A stretch of 64,000 bases of DNA from the NCBI GenBank assembly GCA_024679065.1, contig JAGIQG010000023.1:2914001-2978000 (forward strand), in the 5' to 3' direction. A program made the translations under genes and the position numbers. Shown here piece by piece: positions 1 to 11,422 of this stretch. The DNA comes from Sphyrna mokarran (taxonomy: Eukaryota). The number at the start of each line of letters is the position of its first letter. Position 1 is the stretch's first letter. The notes beneath the pieces were generated by a model that had not been told where the DNA came from, searched no databases, and worked only from the letters and a program-made list of their open reading frames with translations.

Positions 1-84
1 TGACCAAGATACCAGAAAGGATTTCTGAAGTCCGATGCTCTGGCTTACATCCCCAGTCTCTGGTCATTTACCTCATTGCTATAA

Positions 85-457
85 GGGAGGTTTACAGTGT
101 GAAAATTAGACCTTCAGCCCAATTTGTCCATGTCGCTCTTTTTTTTTTTAAAGCCCCTGAGCTAGTCCCAGTTGCACTCATTTGGCCCATATTTCTCTAC
201 GCCCATCTTACCCACGTAACTGTCTAAGCATTTTTTAAAAGACAAAATTTTCTCGCCTCTATTACTACCTCTGGCAGCTTGCTCCAGTCACTCACCACCC
301 TGTGTGGAACAATTGTCTCTCTGGATCCTTTTGTATCTCTCGCCTCTCACCTTAAACCTATCCGCTCTAGTTTTAGACTCCTCTACCTTTGGGAAAAGAT
401 ATTGACTATCTAGCTGATCTATGCCCCTCATTATTTTATAGACCTCTGTAAGATCAC
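85..457 (-). mobile_element. CR1 3' fragment
   Basis: ORF 288..506 reads GDLTEVYKIMRGID..LFP..SKTR..FKVRG, followed by a CR1-type tail. Confidence 0.85.
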
Positions 458-458
458 C

Positions 459-487
459 TCTGTGTGTGTGTGTGTGCGTGCGTGCGT
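459..487 (+). repeat. (TG)n/(TGCG)n microsatellite
   Basis: tgtgtgtgtgtgtgtgtgcgtgcgtgcgt. Confidence 0.9.
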
Positions 488-644
488 GGGGAGTTTCTTG
501 TGTCAATTGGCTGTATTTCCCACATTACAAAAGTGATTGTACTTTAGGGACTCCACTGGCTGTGAAATGCCTTGGGATGTCTTGAGTTGATGAGACAATG
601 TATAGCATTGCGAGTTCTCTATTTTTGAATGTGGGTTCCTATAC

Positions 645-757
645 CTGGTCGTTGATCTCCATGCACCCCTCGCTGACTGTCCCGCTGAAGAATCAGCTGC
701 TTTTTCCGCTTTGCTTCAATGACAGGGTTCTCAAACTGAGTCCTCTGGTTTATGTGG
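645..757 (-). CDS. MAGI3: MAGI3 coding exon (~exon 8), second half of WW2: (D)HINQRTQFENPVIEAKRKKQLILQRDSQRGVHGDQRP
   Basis: 113 bp, acceptor tttgctacag|, donor CAG|gtatag, phase 2-1. HxNQxTQFENPVxEAKRKKQL matches MAGI3. The donor position is less certain. Confidence 0.9.
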
Positions 758-1522
758 CTGTAGCAAACGAGAGACAGAATGACAGGAGAGAGGGAAAGTT
801 AACTCAATGCGAGCAGCAGCATGCACCTCTACCAACAGTCCTCCCTCACCATCCCACCCAAGCACAGGAGTGCCAGAGTGAGTCAGGGACTCTGCTACCT
901 GGGTGGTCTTGTACAAGGACTAAATGGCTCTGGATCAAATTGCAATCAATCAGCATCAAAATAATCTGTTTATCCACCTGCTGCCAAGCAAGCCACGAAA
1001 AGCCACTTGGTCAGTTGGGCAAGTTGCCACAGGGTGGTTCAGAGTGATAAAACCATATTCTCAGTGTGCCAGATATGCACCCTGGGGGTGTAGGGAAGGG
1101 TATGTGATGGACAGGGTGGAAGTATGGAGGGTGTGAGGAAGCGGAGAAAGGACAATGGGGAGATGATGATTTTACTCGAGACAGAGGGGGTTTTAAAGAT
1201 AGGCTGATGCCATGAGTGCAGTCCAACAGGACTAGTTATTGTTCAAACATAGAAAGCAAAAGGTTTGACGCAAATTACACAGTAATTTGCGTAAAGAAAT
1301 TAATTAGAGAATAGAAATTAATTAATTAATACAAATCACTTAGAGAAAATCAGGAGCTATTTATTGACCAACTTGAGTAAACGACACATTCATCCCTTAC
1401 AGCAAGCACCAATGATTACATTGAGGAAAACTCCAGCAGAACGTTTAACGTAAAACACTGGGAAAAACCGAGCTATAAACTGATCTAGTTTTACCTTTCC
1501 TGGAGGGTGGGGGAGAACTTAC

Positions 1523-1580
1523 TCGATGTAGTAGAAACCATAGACTGGATCGCTGATCTTTTCCCAACCATATGGAAGCT
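1523..1580 (-). CDS. MAGI3: MAGI3 coding exon (~exon 7), first half of WW2: (E)LPYGWEKISDPVYGFYYI(D)
   Basis: 58 bp, acceptor attgtag|, donor |gtaagt, phase 1-2. ELPYGWEKIxDPxYGxYY is the WW motif. Confidence 0.95.
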
Positions 1581-1924
1581 CTACAATTTTAAAAATTAAA
1601 AACATTCTGATCAATACCATAACTGATGAGTCTCTAAGTATAGACAATAGCAGCATACAACAGCACACAGCAAGCAGAGGCTGTCTGATGGGAATTAGCT
1701 TTTCCATTTACAACGTTCAAGGTCAGGTAGCTGGTTTAACAGGCCAGGCTCGAGTAGGTACCATTTGATCAGAGAGATTCAAACTGCAAAAGCAAAGAGT
1801 GAAGGTCATTTCTGACCTAATGTTGTCTCAACTTTTCAAAGAAAAATGGTAGAAGACAGTGAAAGAAAAGTCAAGAGGAGAGTCGTAATGGAAGGGCATT
1901 TTTCAGAATGGCAATCTGTAGCTA

Positions 1925-2236
1925 ATGGTGGCAGCACCACAGTGCCAGAGGAGTTAGCACTGCTGCTACACAGCACCAGGGGCCCAGGTTTCATTCCCAG
2001 CTTGGGCGACTGTCTGTATGGAGTCTGCACGTTCTGCTCATATCTGTGAGAGTTCCCTCCGGATGCTCCGGTTTTCTCCCACATTCCAAAGATGTGCAGG
2101 TTAGGCAGATTGCTAAAATTCTTTCTCAGTGTAGCCAAACAGGCAGAGTATGGCAAGTAGAGAATTTGGACAGTAACTTTATTGCACTGTTAACGTAAGC
2201 CTATTTGTGACAGTAATAAACAAACTTTAAAACTTT
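1925..2236 (+). mobile_element. V-SINE, tail type B (copies also at ~5672-5930 +, 7325-7582 -, 8686-8975 +, 26958-27243 +, 38082-38362 +, 41041-42652 - (split), 47725-48003 +, 63310-63420 +)
   Basis: tRNA-like head (tggttagcactgctgc..ggttc.attcc), V-domain (gtttcctccgggtgctccggtttcctcccac), tail ...cagtaacttcattgcagtgttaatgtaagcctacttgtgac..taataaataaactt. Confidence 0.88.
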
Positions 2237-2254
2237 CTGTAGGAATCAGTCTGG

Positions 2255-4062
2255 GACACTTATTTATGGAATATATAAATAACTTGGAGGAAAATGTGGT
2301 GATCTGATTAGTAAGTTTGCAGATTATAAGAAGACTGGTGGAGTTGCTGATAGTGCCAGGAATCGTCAGGAAATACAAAAAAGGATATAGATAACTTAGA
2401 AACTTGGGCACAGACATGGCAGATGGAGTTTAATCTGGACAAATGCCAGGTGATGCATTTTGGAGGATTAAGTTTAGGTATAAATTATACTGTAAATAGC
2501 AGAATCCTTAGGAACATAGCATAGAGGAATCTGGGCGTGCAGGTTCACAGTTCCGTAAAAGTGGCAACAAGTGGCCAACATAATTAAGACGACATATGGC
2601 ATGCTTGCCTTTATCAACTGGTGCACTGAGTACAGAATTGGGAAATCACGTTGCAGCTATATAGAACTTTTGGTTAGGCCGCTTTTGGAGCATTACACGC
2701 ATTTCTGGTCACCACAGTATCAAAAGGATGTGGAAATTTTGGAAAGAGTGCAAAGGTGGTTCAGTAGGATGCTGCCTGGTCTCAAGAGTGTTGGCTATGA
2801 GGAGAAATTGAATAAACGAGTATTGTTTTCACTGGAAAGATGGAGGCTGAGGAGAGACCTGCTAGAAAATTATCTACAAAATTATGAGGGGCATGAACAG
2901 GATGGATAGTCAGAGGTTTTTCTCAGGGTGGAAGTGTCAATTACAAGAGGGCACAGGTTCAAGGTGCAAGGGGTGAGCTTAAGGGAGATGTGCAGGGTAA
3001 TCTTTTCATGCCAGAGTGCTGGGTGCCTGGAATGTGCTGCCAGAACAAATGGTGGAAAGCAGGCACATTAGCAATATTTAAGAGGCATCTGGGTGGGTAC
3101 ATGAAAAGGGAAGGAACAGAGGGATAAGGTCCAATTAAGGGCAGAAAGTTTTTTTTAAAAGTTTAGTTAAGGCATCATGATTGACACTGGCTTGGAGGGC
3201 TAACGGACCTATACCTGTGCTGTACTTCCCTTTGTTTTCCCATATATATTAATGATGGGTGAAGGAATAGGGAGTTATATATCCAAGCTTGTAAATTATG
3301 CTAGGTTAGGAGGTGCAGTAAGCAATGTAGATGGGAGAAGGAAGTTAAAAAGGAAATAAACAGCCTTAAGTGAGCAGACAAAACTGGGGCTTACACAGTG
3401 CAATGAGATCAACCACTTTGATTCTCAAAGACAATTCAGATATTGTCTGAATGATAAGGATGAGGTGTTGTGGAGGAGCAAACAAATTTGGGTGTTCAGG
3501 TACATAAACCACTATAAGTTACCACATTGAGCAGAGAACGTGACCAAAAAAGCTAATGGAGTATTGGCCTTTACTTCATGGGAGTTGGAATTTGATCGAG
3601 TATGTTTCAGTTGTACAGTCTTGCTCAGACCCCATTTGGAGCACTGTGCTCACTTATGAGTAATGCAAAAAGTGCAACATAATTGCCTTGGACAGGATAC
3701 AGGTTAAATTAAGCAAACAGTTTGCATAAACTTGGCCTGTATCCCCTAAAGTTCAGAAGATTCAAAGGTGACCCAATAAAGGTTTTCAAAATGATTAAGG
3801 GAAATCAAGAAGCTACATACTGTATTGCTTCTGATGTTCAGTTCAAGGGACATTATCTTAAAATTGGAACCAGATTATTGAAGAATCGTATTTTCACAAA
3901 GGCCAGATGAAATTGAATTCATGCTCCAAAAAAGCTGGTGCAGTTTTATCAAGAGCTCTGGAACATGCTGAAGGAAAAATTGAGTTAAATTACAATCAAA
4001 GGTATTTTAATTGAATGACAGAACAGATCTGAGTGGCTCAATGCCCTATTCCTGTTCCCATG
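2255..4062 (+). mobile_element. Two tandem degenerate CR1 3' portions (~2255-3238 and ~3240-4062)
   Basis: LVRPxLE..FWSP.YxKDV..LERVQR..RMLPG motifs, and CR1 tails at ~3200-3238 and ~4020-4062. Confidence 0.85.
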
Positions 4063-4383
4063 ACAGCTGGACCAGAGCGCACAGATTGTATACAGTCCCC
4101 ACTGTCATCCATTTTGATGTCTCTCTTTATTTCCATTATGAACATCAATGTCCTTATTTACAATTCAAAATGATGCAAACTATGTCGTAATTACAGACAC
4201 GATGCTGCTGTACTTCCACTGCCAGGAGGACTAGACAGAGTGACAAGTTTACACAGGCAGTTCCTGCTATAATATATGAACATTGCAATTTAAATGATCG
4301 CGATTGGCAAAAGAACCACAAGCAACACGAAGAAAAATTTCAAGCAGTAATGATTCCAGTCTGGAATGCACAGCCTGCAAAAC

Positions 4384-4667
4384 GATGTGAAGTTACCGAC
4401 ATTGAACAGGGGTAGGCACAATATGCAGTCTCACACCACCAAGTTAAACAACCAAGTTAAAGTCCAACAGGTTTATCTGATAGCATGAGTTTTCAAAGCA
4501 TTGCCCCCTCACTCTTCCAGACGCTAATGATCTTGTTTGCTGTTAGTCAAGGTCATTCATTCTTACCATTCACTCTTCACTCACCTAATCAAGGGGCAAT
4601 GCTCCGAAAGCTTATGCTATCAGATAAACCTGTTGGACTTGAAACTGGTGTTGTGAGACTATTTACT
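4384..4667 (-). mobile_element. Longer hairpin insertion, same family
   Basis: Arms 4461-4507 and 4593-4639 (4 mismatches in 47). A degenerate constant end lies in reverse orientation at 4384-4420. Confidence 0.78.
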
Positions 4668-6339
4668 CAACTTAAAAAGGATGGAGGTGCTGGGTTCAAT
4701 TGTGATTTTCTAAAGGAAATTGAACAAGACCAGAAGGGAAAAAAATGTCAGAGTTATAGTGAAAGGACAGGAGTGGGACTCCTGCAAGGATCCAGCAGAG
4801 ACTGGACAGGCTGAATGGCCTCCTCTGTGCTGGAAAGGGGAAAAGCTAGTGCAGAAAGTATTGGCAGATACGGGTCTTTTTGAACATTTGTGAGAGTGTA
4901 AGCATGTATCCATCATGCTTCTTCTGTTACCGAAACATAATTCCAAATTTGTAACACCTACGGTGATAAGAAAATGTCCTGGTTCTAGTCCAAGTAATCC
5001 AGAGATTGAGTTCAATTCTAACCATGACAATTTTTTGAAACGGGATTCAATAAATCTCGCAATTTGTAAAAACCTGAATTGTTCACAGATGCCCCTCATG
5101 AAAGTAAAACTGCCACTCCTATAATGGCTGGTCTGTATGTGAATCCAATCCCACATTTACCAGCTGTCTACTGATGTCCTCAGGATGGGCAATAATGCAG
5201 CCTTGCCAGCATCACCTGCTTCCAGAGAACAAATTCTTAAAAACTCTCACTGACTTGAGCATCTGCCAAGACCAATCAGCTTTTAAAAGACTGAAGGAAA
5301 GCACAGCAATTACACCTTGAAGCCTTATGAGACAGAGTTATAGACAGCCAACACATTGTGCAGAATAGTTACATACTCTGAAATGGTAAGAACGAATGAC
5401 CTTGACTAACAATGAGCAAGATCATTAGGGAAATCCACCAGTACAGATAAAGAGAAGTCAACAAGGCCACCACACTCCTTAATACTTACTTACCCGGTTG
5501 CTGAGCTAGAAGTCTCTTATTCTCAAGAAAGATAGGTAAGATAGAAGTAAAGAACCAAGCACAACCTACTTGTAGGACTCCAACAACCCTTGATCAAACT
5601 CTTGATTCTTTACAATCAGATCTATGTACTCACCTATCCCAGAGTCCTATGGCTTTTCTCTTCACGTACCAGGGGTGGCACAGTGGTTAGCATTGTTGCC
5701 TCACAGTGCAGGGACCTATATTTGATTCCCAGCTTGGGTCATTATGTGTGAAGTCTGCACATCTGCCCATTGTCTGTGTGGATATCCTCCAGGTGCTCTG
5801 GTTTCCTCCCATAGTCTGAAAGATTATGGGCTATGCTAAATGCTCCTAAATAGATGCCAGAGTATGATGACTAGGGGACTTGCAATGTTAATGTAAACCT
5901 ACTTATGACAGTAATAAATAAACATTAAATCCTAAGAGGGTGTTGGTGACCATAGACCTCCATGTTAATCTTGGTTTGAGGAGTGGATCAACTTCATTGG
6001 TAATATTCATCCAGTTTACGAGGCTCTTTAGAAAGGTCAGTCTTGGTCTATGTTAATCGCTTTTATCTCTTATAATCTTTCCCATCAGTGTCAGATTTTC
6101 AGAAACTATTTATTATTTTGTCCAAGAATCCAATGTCTCTTCCTGATCTTGATCAGCAGAGCTCTTTATTCTCAGATTTAGTCGCATCTCTTGATTGGCA
6201 GTGTGACTTGTCTAAGAAACCTTCATTATTTGCCTCAAAAAGCACAATTCTTCAGGCTTTCAGTTTGATTAACATTTTTCAGTGTGTAACACTTTTTGAT
6301 TTTCCAAATGAAGTACATTGAACCAAATGTAGTTTGGTT

Positions 6340-6720
6340 CATTGGTCAGAGTCTCATTTGGATTCAAGTCCCATATCAGTACAAAAAACCCAGACCAAAT
6401 CTCTTATGCAGTTCTGAAGGAATGTTACATTGTCAGAGGTGCCATCTTCTGAATGGAATGTGAAACAGATCTCATCTGTCTGTTTAGATAAATATAAAAG
6501 ATCCTCTGGTACTATTTGGGGAAGTTGTCCCCAAGTGGCAAGGACAATCTGCACCCTTTCACCACCAGCAACTTATTATCTGATTAGTAATCCCACTGTT
6601 AACTGTTGCGTACAAATTGGCTGTTATTATTGCATATATAACTGTAACCACACTTCAAAATAGCTTTTGCCTGTGAGACATCTCAAGGATATGAAAGACA
6701 TTATATAAACGCATGTGATT
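6340..6720 (+). mobile_element. Old Deu-domain SINE (SacSINE1/AmnSINE-like); further decayed copies ~8130-8500, 12180-13090 (split), 22950-23320 -, 23830-24170, 37800-38050, 39350-39660 -, 52470-52840 -, 59960-60120
   Basis: Recurrent motifs gtgctgcactg..gaggtgcc.tctt, aaagatcc.atggcactat..gaaga, tgtgc.caaattggctgc, and tail gaaaggc.ctatataaatgcaag. Confidence 0.7.
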
Positions 6721-9700
6721 TCACTGACAAAGGCAGCAAGACTTGTCAAACAAAACTTTCTGCTTATAACTTGGTAATGGCCATTAGTTAGTACTCCACA
6801 ACTTAACCTCCACTATGGCTCCTTGTTTAGTTTCCAATATTCATCTATTGCTGATATTAGATCAATGGACCTTTAGGTGTCTGGAACAGATTTGTCCCTC
6901 TAAACATAGATACTCTTCTTGATTGCTTGCAGTTCCAGAGAATTATCCCTGTCTAATCATTCTCTTACAAAATTAGGTATCCTGCAAATCTTCCCCTCAT
7001 TCCTTTCAGAATCTCAGGAAATGTAGAACCTGTCCCCATTAGTGAAACTATCACCCGTGCCCCGAGTTCTCTCAGCTTGACGTTTCCAATACAATCTTGG
7101 CTGCTTTCCCATATTCCACCCTCTGTAAACTTGAGTTCATCCCTAATTCTAGTGCATACATTCCATCTCATCACACACCAATTCCTACTGACCCTTCAAC
7201 ATCTCATGCTTACAGATTCACGTTATCTCCCAGTTAACAAGATCTTATCACAAAATTGCTACAGCACAGAAGCAGGCCATTCAGTTCATCCAGACGCTTT
7301 CCCGCATGCTATCCCCATAAAGTACTTATTTATTAGTCACAATTTAGACTTACATTAAAACCACAATGAAGTTACTGCGAAATTCACCTAGTCGCCACAG
7401 TCCGGTGCTGTTCAGGTCAATGTACTAATCAGCACGTGTTTCAGAACGTGTGAAGAAACCAGAGCACCCGGAAGACACCCACACGGGGGAGAATGTACAA
7501 ACTCCACACAGACAGTGACCAAAGTCAGGAATCAAACCTGAGTCCCTGGCGCTATGAAGCAGCAGTGCTAACCACTGCTACTGTGCATTTATCATGGCCA
7601 ATGCACCTAACCTGCGCATCTTTGGACCGTGCAAGGAAATTGGAGCACCCGGAGGAAATCTACAGACATCAGCAGAAGCTCCACAAATACAGTCACTCAA
7701 GGCCAGAATTGAAGCCGGGTTGCCTACACTATGAGGCAGCAGTGATAATTACTGCAACCACAAATCTTGATTTTAGAATTCTCATCCTTGATTTCAAATC
7801 TCTCCAAGGCCTTTCTCCTCTGTAATTTTGTTACCTCAAGCCACACAACCTTCCAAGAGTTCTGCGCTCCTCTAATTACAGCCTCTTCAGCAGCCTTAAT
7901 TTTAATTACTCCACCACTGATAGTGACTTCAGCCTTATATTCCTTACTTGATTCTCATCCTCTCTCCTAAAAACGCTTTTTAAATCTCAACTCTTAACCA
8001 AACTTTTGGCATCTACCTCGATATCTTATGCGGATCAGTGTCAAATCTGTGTTTTCTAACACTTTGAAGTGCCTCGAGAAATTTAACTACATTAACGGCA
8101 CCATTACAAGCTGTTGCCCTCTTCAGTCACACGTTAGTGTAGTAGGTTCAAGATCGATTCAGGAAAATGAAAGCTGACACCATCCCATAACTGTGGGAGA
8201 GCTACATCACTGGAGGTATAGTCTTTCTGACATGGTGTTGTACCAAAGTGGATGCAAAACAAAATTCCACGACATTGTTTAAAGAGCAGAATAGTTCACT
8301 GTAATGTCCCAGCCAACATATATCCCTCAAACAACATTGCCCAACAGATTAATTCACCATTTGCTTCATTTGTGACATCTTGCTGTGCAGAAATTGGCTG
8401 CTACATTTGCCAACAAGTGACTGCACTTTAAAAACTACACGATTGTAAAACAGTTTGGGATGTCCTGACAACATGAAAGATAATATACAAATGAGAGATT
8501 GCTTCCTACAGCGAGATCAAAGGAAATTTCTCTCCAAGGAAAATTTAAGCGTATCGGCAATTTAGCCGTGAAAATCAAATAAAAATACTTTAATTTATGT
8601 GGCTGCGTCATGCAAACCTTAGGATGCACAATGTACTGCAGAAGTTGGATAGTATATGACGCTGTGGTCAGTATTTGTAAACAACATGGTGGGAGTAATT
8701 AGCACTGCTGCTTCACAGCGCCAGGAACTCAGGTTCGATTCCCCGCTTGGGGTGACTATGAGCAGTCTGCACATTCTCCCTGTATCTGTGTGGGTTTCCT
8801 TTGGGTTCTCCGATTTTCTCCCATGGCCCGAAAGACATGCAGGTTAGCCGCATTGGCCATGCTAAATTCTCCATCAGTGTACCTGAACAGGCGCGAGAGT
8901 GTGGCGCCTAGGGGATTTTCACAGCGACTTAACTGCAGTGTAGACTTGTGACACCCACACAACAAACTTTAACATTTGAAAAGTATTTAGGGAGGAAGGG
9001 GAGGCTGGATTAAGCAGGCAGTTCCAATTGAAGCATGAACATGGTCACAGATTCAGGGAATTAATGACCTCCTTTGCGTTATGAATACATGATCTTAAGC
9101 AATGTTTATCTCTGGGTCCTTTTTTACAATGCTGATCTTCACTATTTCAGGAAATTAACACTTTTACAGTTCTACTCCCTTGCTTAATTTTACGATTCCC
9201 TATTTTTATTAGTCTATTCATTTTTCTTTTAAAAAAGTGTTTTGCTTCATTTACCTTTATTTTCTTTGGTTACGTTGCGGTTCCTCTTAAACAGAAATCA
9301 TTAGTAATTTAAATCCATTCCTTTGTGGTTTGTTCCTTAGATAATTTTTTTTTTACTCTTACATGGGACATGGACATTGCTAGCTGGCCTGCATTTATTG
9401 CCCAATCCTAGTTACCCTCGGAGGGCAGTTGATTCGACTACATTGCTGTGACTCTCAAGTCACATGTAAACCAGACCGGGTAAGGATGGCAGATTTCTGT
9501 CCCTATAAGGATATTAGTGAACCAGATAGGTTTTTCTGACAATTGACAGTGGTTTTATGGTCATCAGCAGATTAATTCCAGATTTTTTTGTTAGTTGAAT
9601 TCAAATTTCACCATCTATCAAGACAGGATCAATCCCAGGTCCCCAGAACATTAGCTCAGCTTCTGAATTGACAATCAAGCAACAATATCACAAGGCCAAT

Positions 9701-10421
9701 TTCTTGATCTTACATGGAGTCATTGTCTGTCACTCAATGTTCCTCCAGTCCTAAATTACAAAGGTTTTAACTGCTCACATAGCAACCAAAATCAAGATAA
9801 AACTCACTCCAAGTCATATCTGTAATGCATAGTTTCAGGAAGAATCTCACCCTTTTCTGCCTCCAGTTTTCTATTTCCAATTTGGATTGGATTTTTTTAT
9901 TATTAATTCATGGGATGTGGGCGTTGCCAGCTAGGTCACCATTTATTGTCCATTCCAAATTGTCCTCAAGGTGGTGGTAGTGAGCTGTCTCAAACTGCTG
10001 TAATTCATATGGTGTAGGTATAAAGTGTTACAGAGGAGTTCTAGGATTTTGCCCCAGCGACAGTGAAGGAATAGCCATATACTTCCAAATTAAGAAGGGT
10101 GAATAACTTGGAGGGGAATCTCCAGGTGATAGTGTTCCCATGTGTCTGCTGTCCTTATCCTTCTAGATGGTAGTGGTATGGAAGATGCTGGCTAAGGAGC
10201 CTTGATGAATTCCTGCAGTGCACCTAGTCATTGGTGCACATTGCTGCCACATCCTTCAAGGAGTGAATATTTGTGGAGGGAGTGCCAATCAAGCCAGCCA
10301 TTTTATCCTGCATGGAGTCAAGCTTTAGAGTGCTGTTGGAGCTGCACGCTTCCAGGCAAGAGGAGTGTATTCCATCACACTCCTGATTTGCAGATTGTGG
10401 ATGCAGGGCATGCTTTGGGGA

Positions 10422-10564
10422 AAACTCAGTAAAGTTTTACAACACCAATTTTAAATCCAACCAATTTATTTGATAGTAAACTATCAAATAAATTGGTTGG
10501 ATTTAAAATTGGTGTTGTAAAACTTTACTGAGTTTACCCCAGTCCAACGCCGGTATCTCTACAT
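10422..10564 (+). mobile_element. Short hairpin insertion (Penelope-like-derived): perfect 56-bp inverted repeat plus constant end
   Basis: 10422-10477 is the exact reverse complement of 10480-10535, followed by ccccagtccaacgccggtatctctacat. 13-bp TSD catgctttgggga at 10409-10421 and 10565-10577. Confidence 0.85.
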
Positions 10565-11240
10565 CATGCTTTGGGGAGTCAGATGATGAGTTACTCGATG
10601 CAGGATTCCTAATCTCCGAACTCCTTATGGTTGCAGGATTGATGTGGCAAATAGTCCAGTCCAGTTTCTGGTCAGCGGTAAGCCCCAGGATGTTGAAAGT
10701 GGGGATTTTGGCAATGGCAATACCATTGAATGTCATGTTAGAGATGGTTAGATTTTGTAATGTTGGAGATGGTTATTGTCTGACATTTGTGGCACAAATA
10801 TTACTTGCCTTTTGTCAGTCCAAGCCTGGATATTGTCCAGGTTTAGCTGCATCTGCACATGGGCTGCGTCAGTATCTGGGGAGTCACAAATTATGACAAC
10901 TATTGTGCAATCATCAACCAGCATTCCCATTCTGACCTTCTGAGAGCAGAAGTTGTTAAGGAAGTAGTCAATGGTGGTTAGGCCTGGGAGACCACCCTGA
11001 CGAACACCTGTAGTGATGTTCTACAGCAAAGAAGCACAACCATCTTCCTTTGTGCCAGATATCCTCGATTCCTAATGACTCCAATTTTGCTGAAGGGTCC
11101 TGACAACTACATTCGGTCAAATGTTGCTTGATATGAAAGGCAACAGCTCTCTCCTCAGCTGTGGATTTTAACTCTGGTCCCAGCTTGGACCAAGACTGCA
11201 GTGAAGTCAGGAGCCAAATGATCCTGGCTGAACACAAACA

Positions 11241-11422
11241 CAGTAAATCTCACAGCATCCTATTAAAATCCAACAGGTTTATTTGGTAGCACAAGCTTTC
11301 AGACTGTCGTTCCAGGAGTGAGACTCTGAAAGCTTGTACTACCAAATAAACCTGTTGGACTTTAACCTGGTGTTGAAAGACTGCTGTGCTTACCCTAGTC
11401 TAACACCAGCATCTCCACATCG
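11241..11422 (+). mobile_element. Short hairpin insertion, same family
   Basis: Arms 11263-11303 and 11325-11365 (2 mismatches in 41). End ccctagtctaacaccagcatctccacatc. 12-bp TSD tgaacacaaaca at 11229-11240 and 11423-11434. Confidence 0.85.

Noticed and set aside
598-1047. 149-aa plus-strand ORF
   Set aside because: It is antisense to MAGI3 exon 8, has no recognisable domain and runs through intron sequence.
1925-2010. tRNA genes suggested by A/B-box-like motifs
   Set aside because: These are tRNA-derived SINE heads followed by the V-domain. No complete cloverleaf is evident.
10422-11422. CRISPR-like or terminator-like reading of the palindromes
   Set aside because: The context is a vertebrate intron with no repeat-spacer periodicity, and the TSDs indicate mobile insertions.
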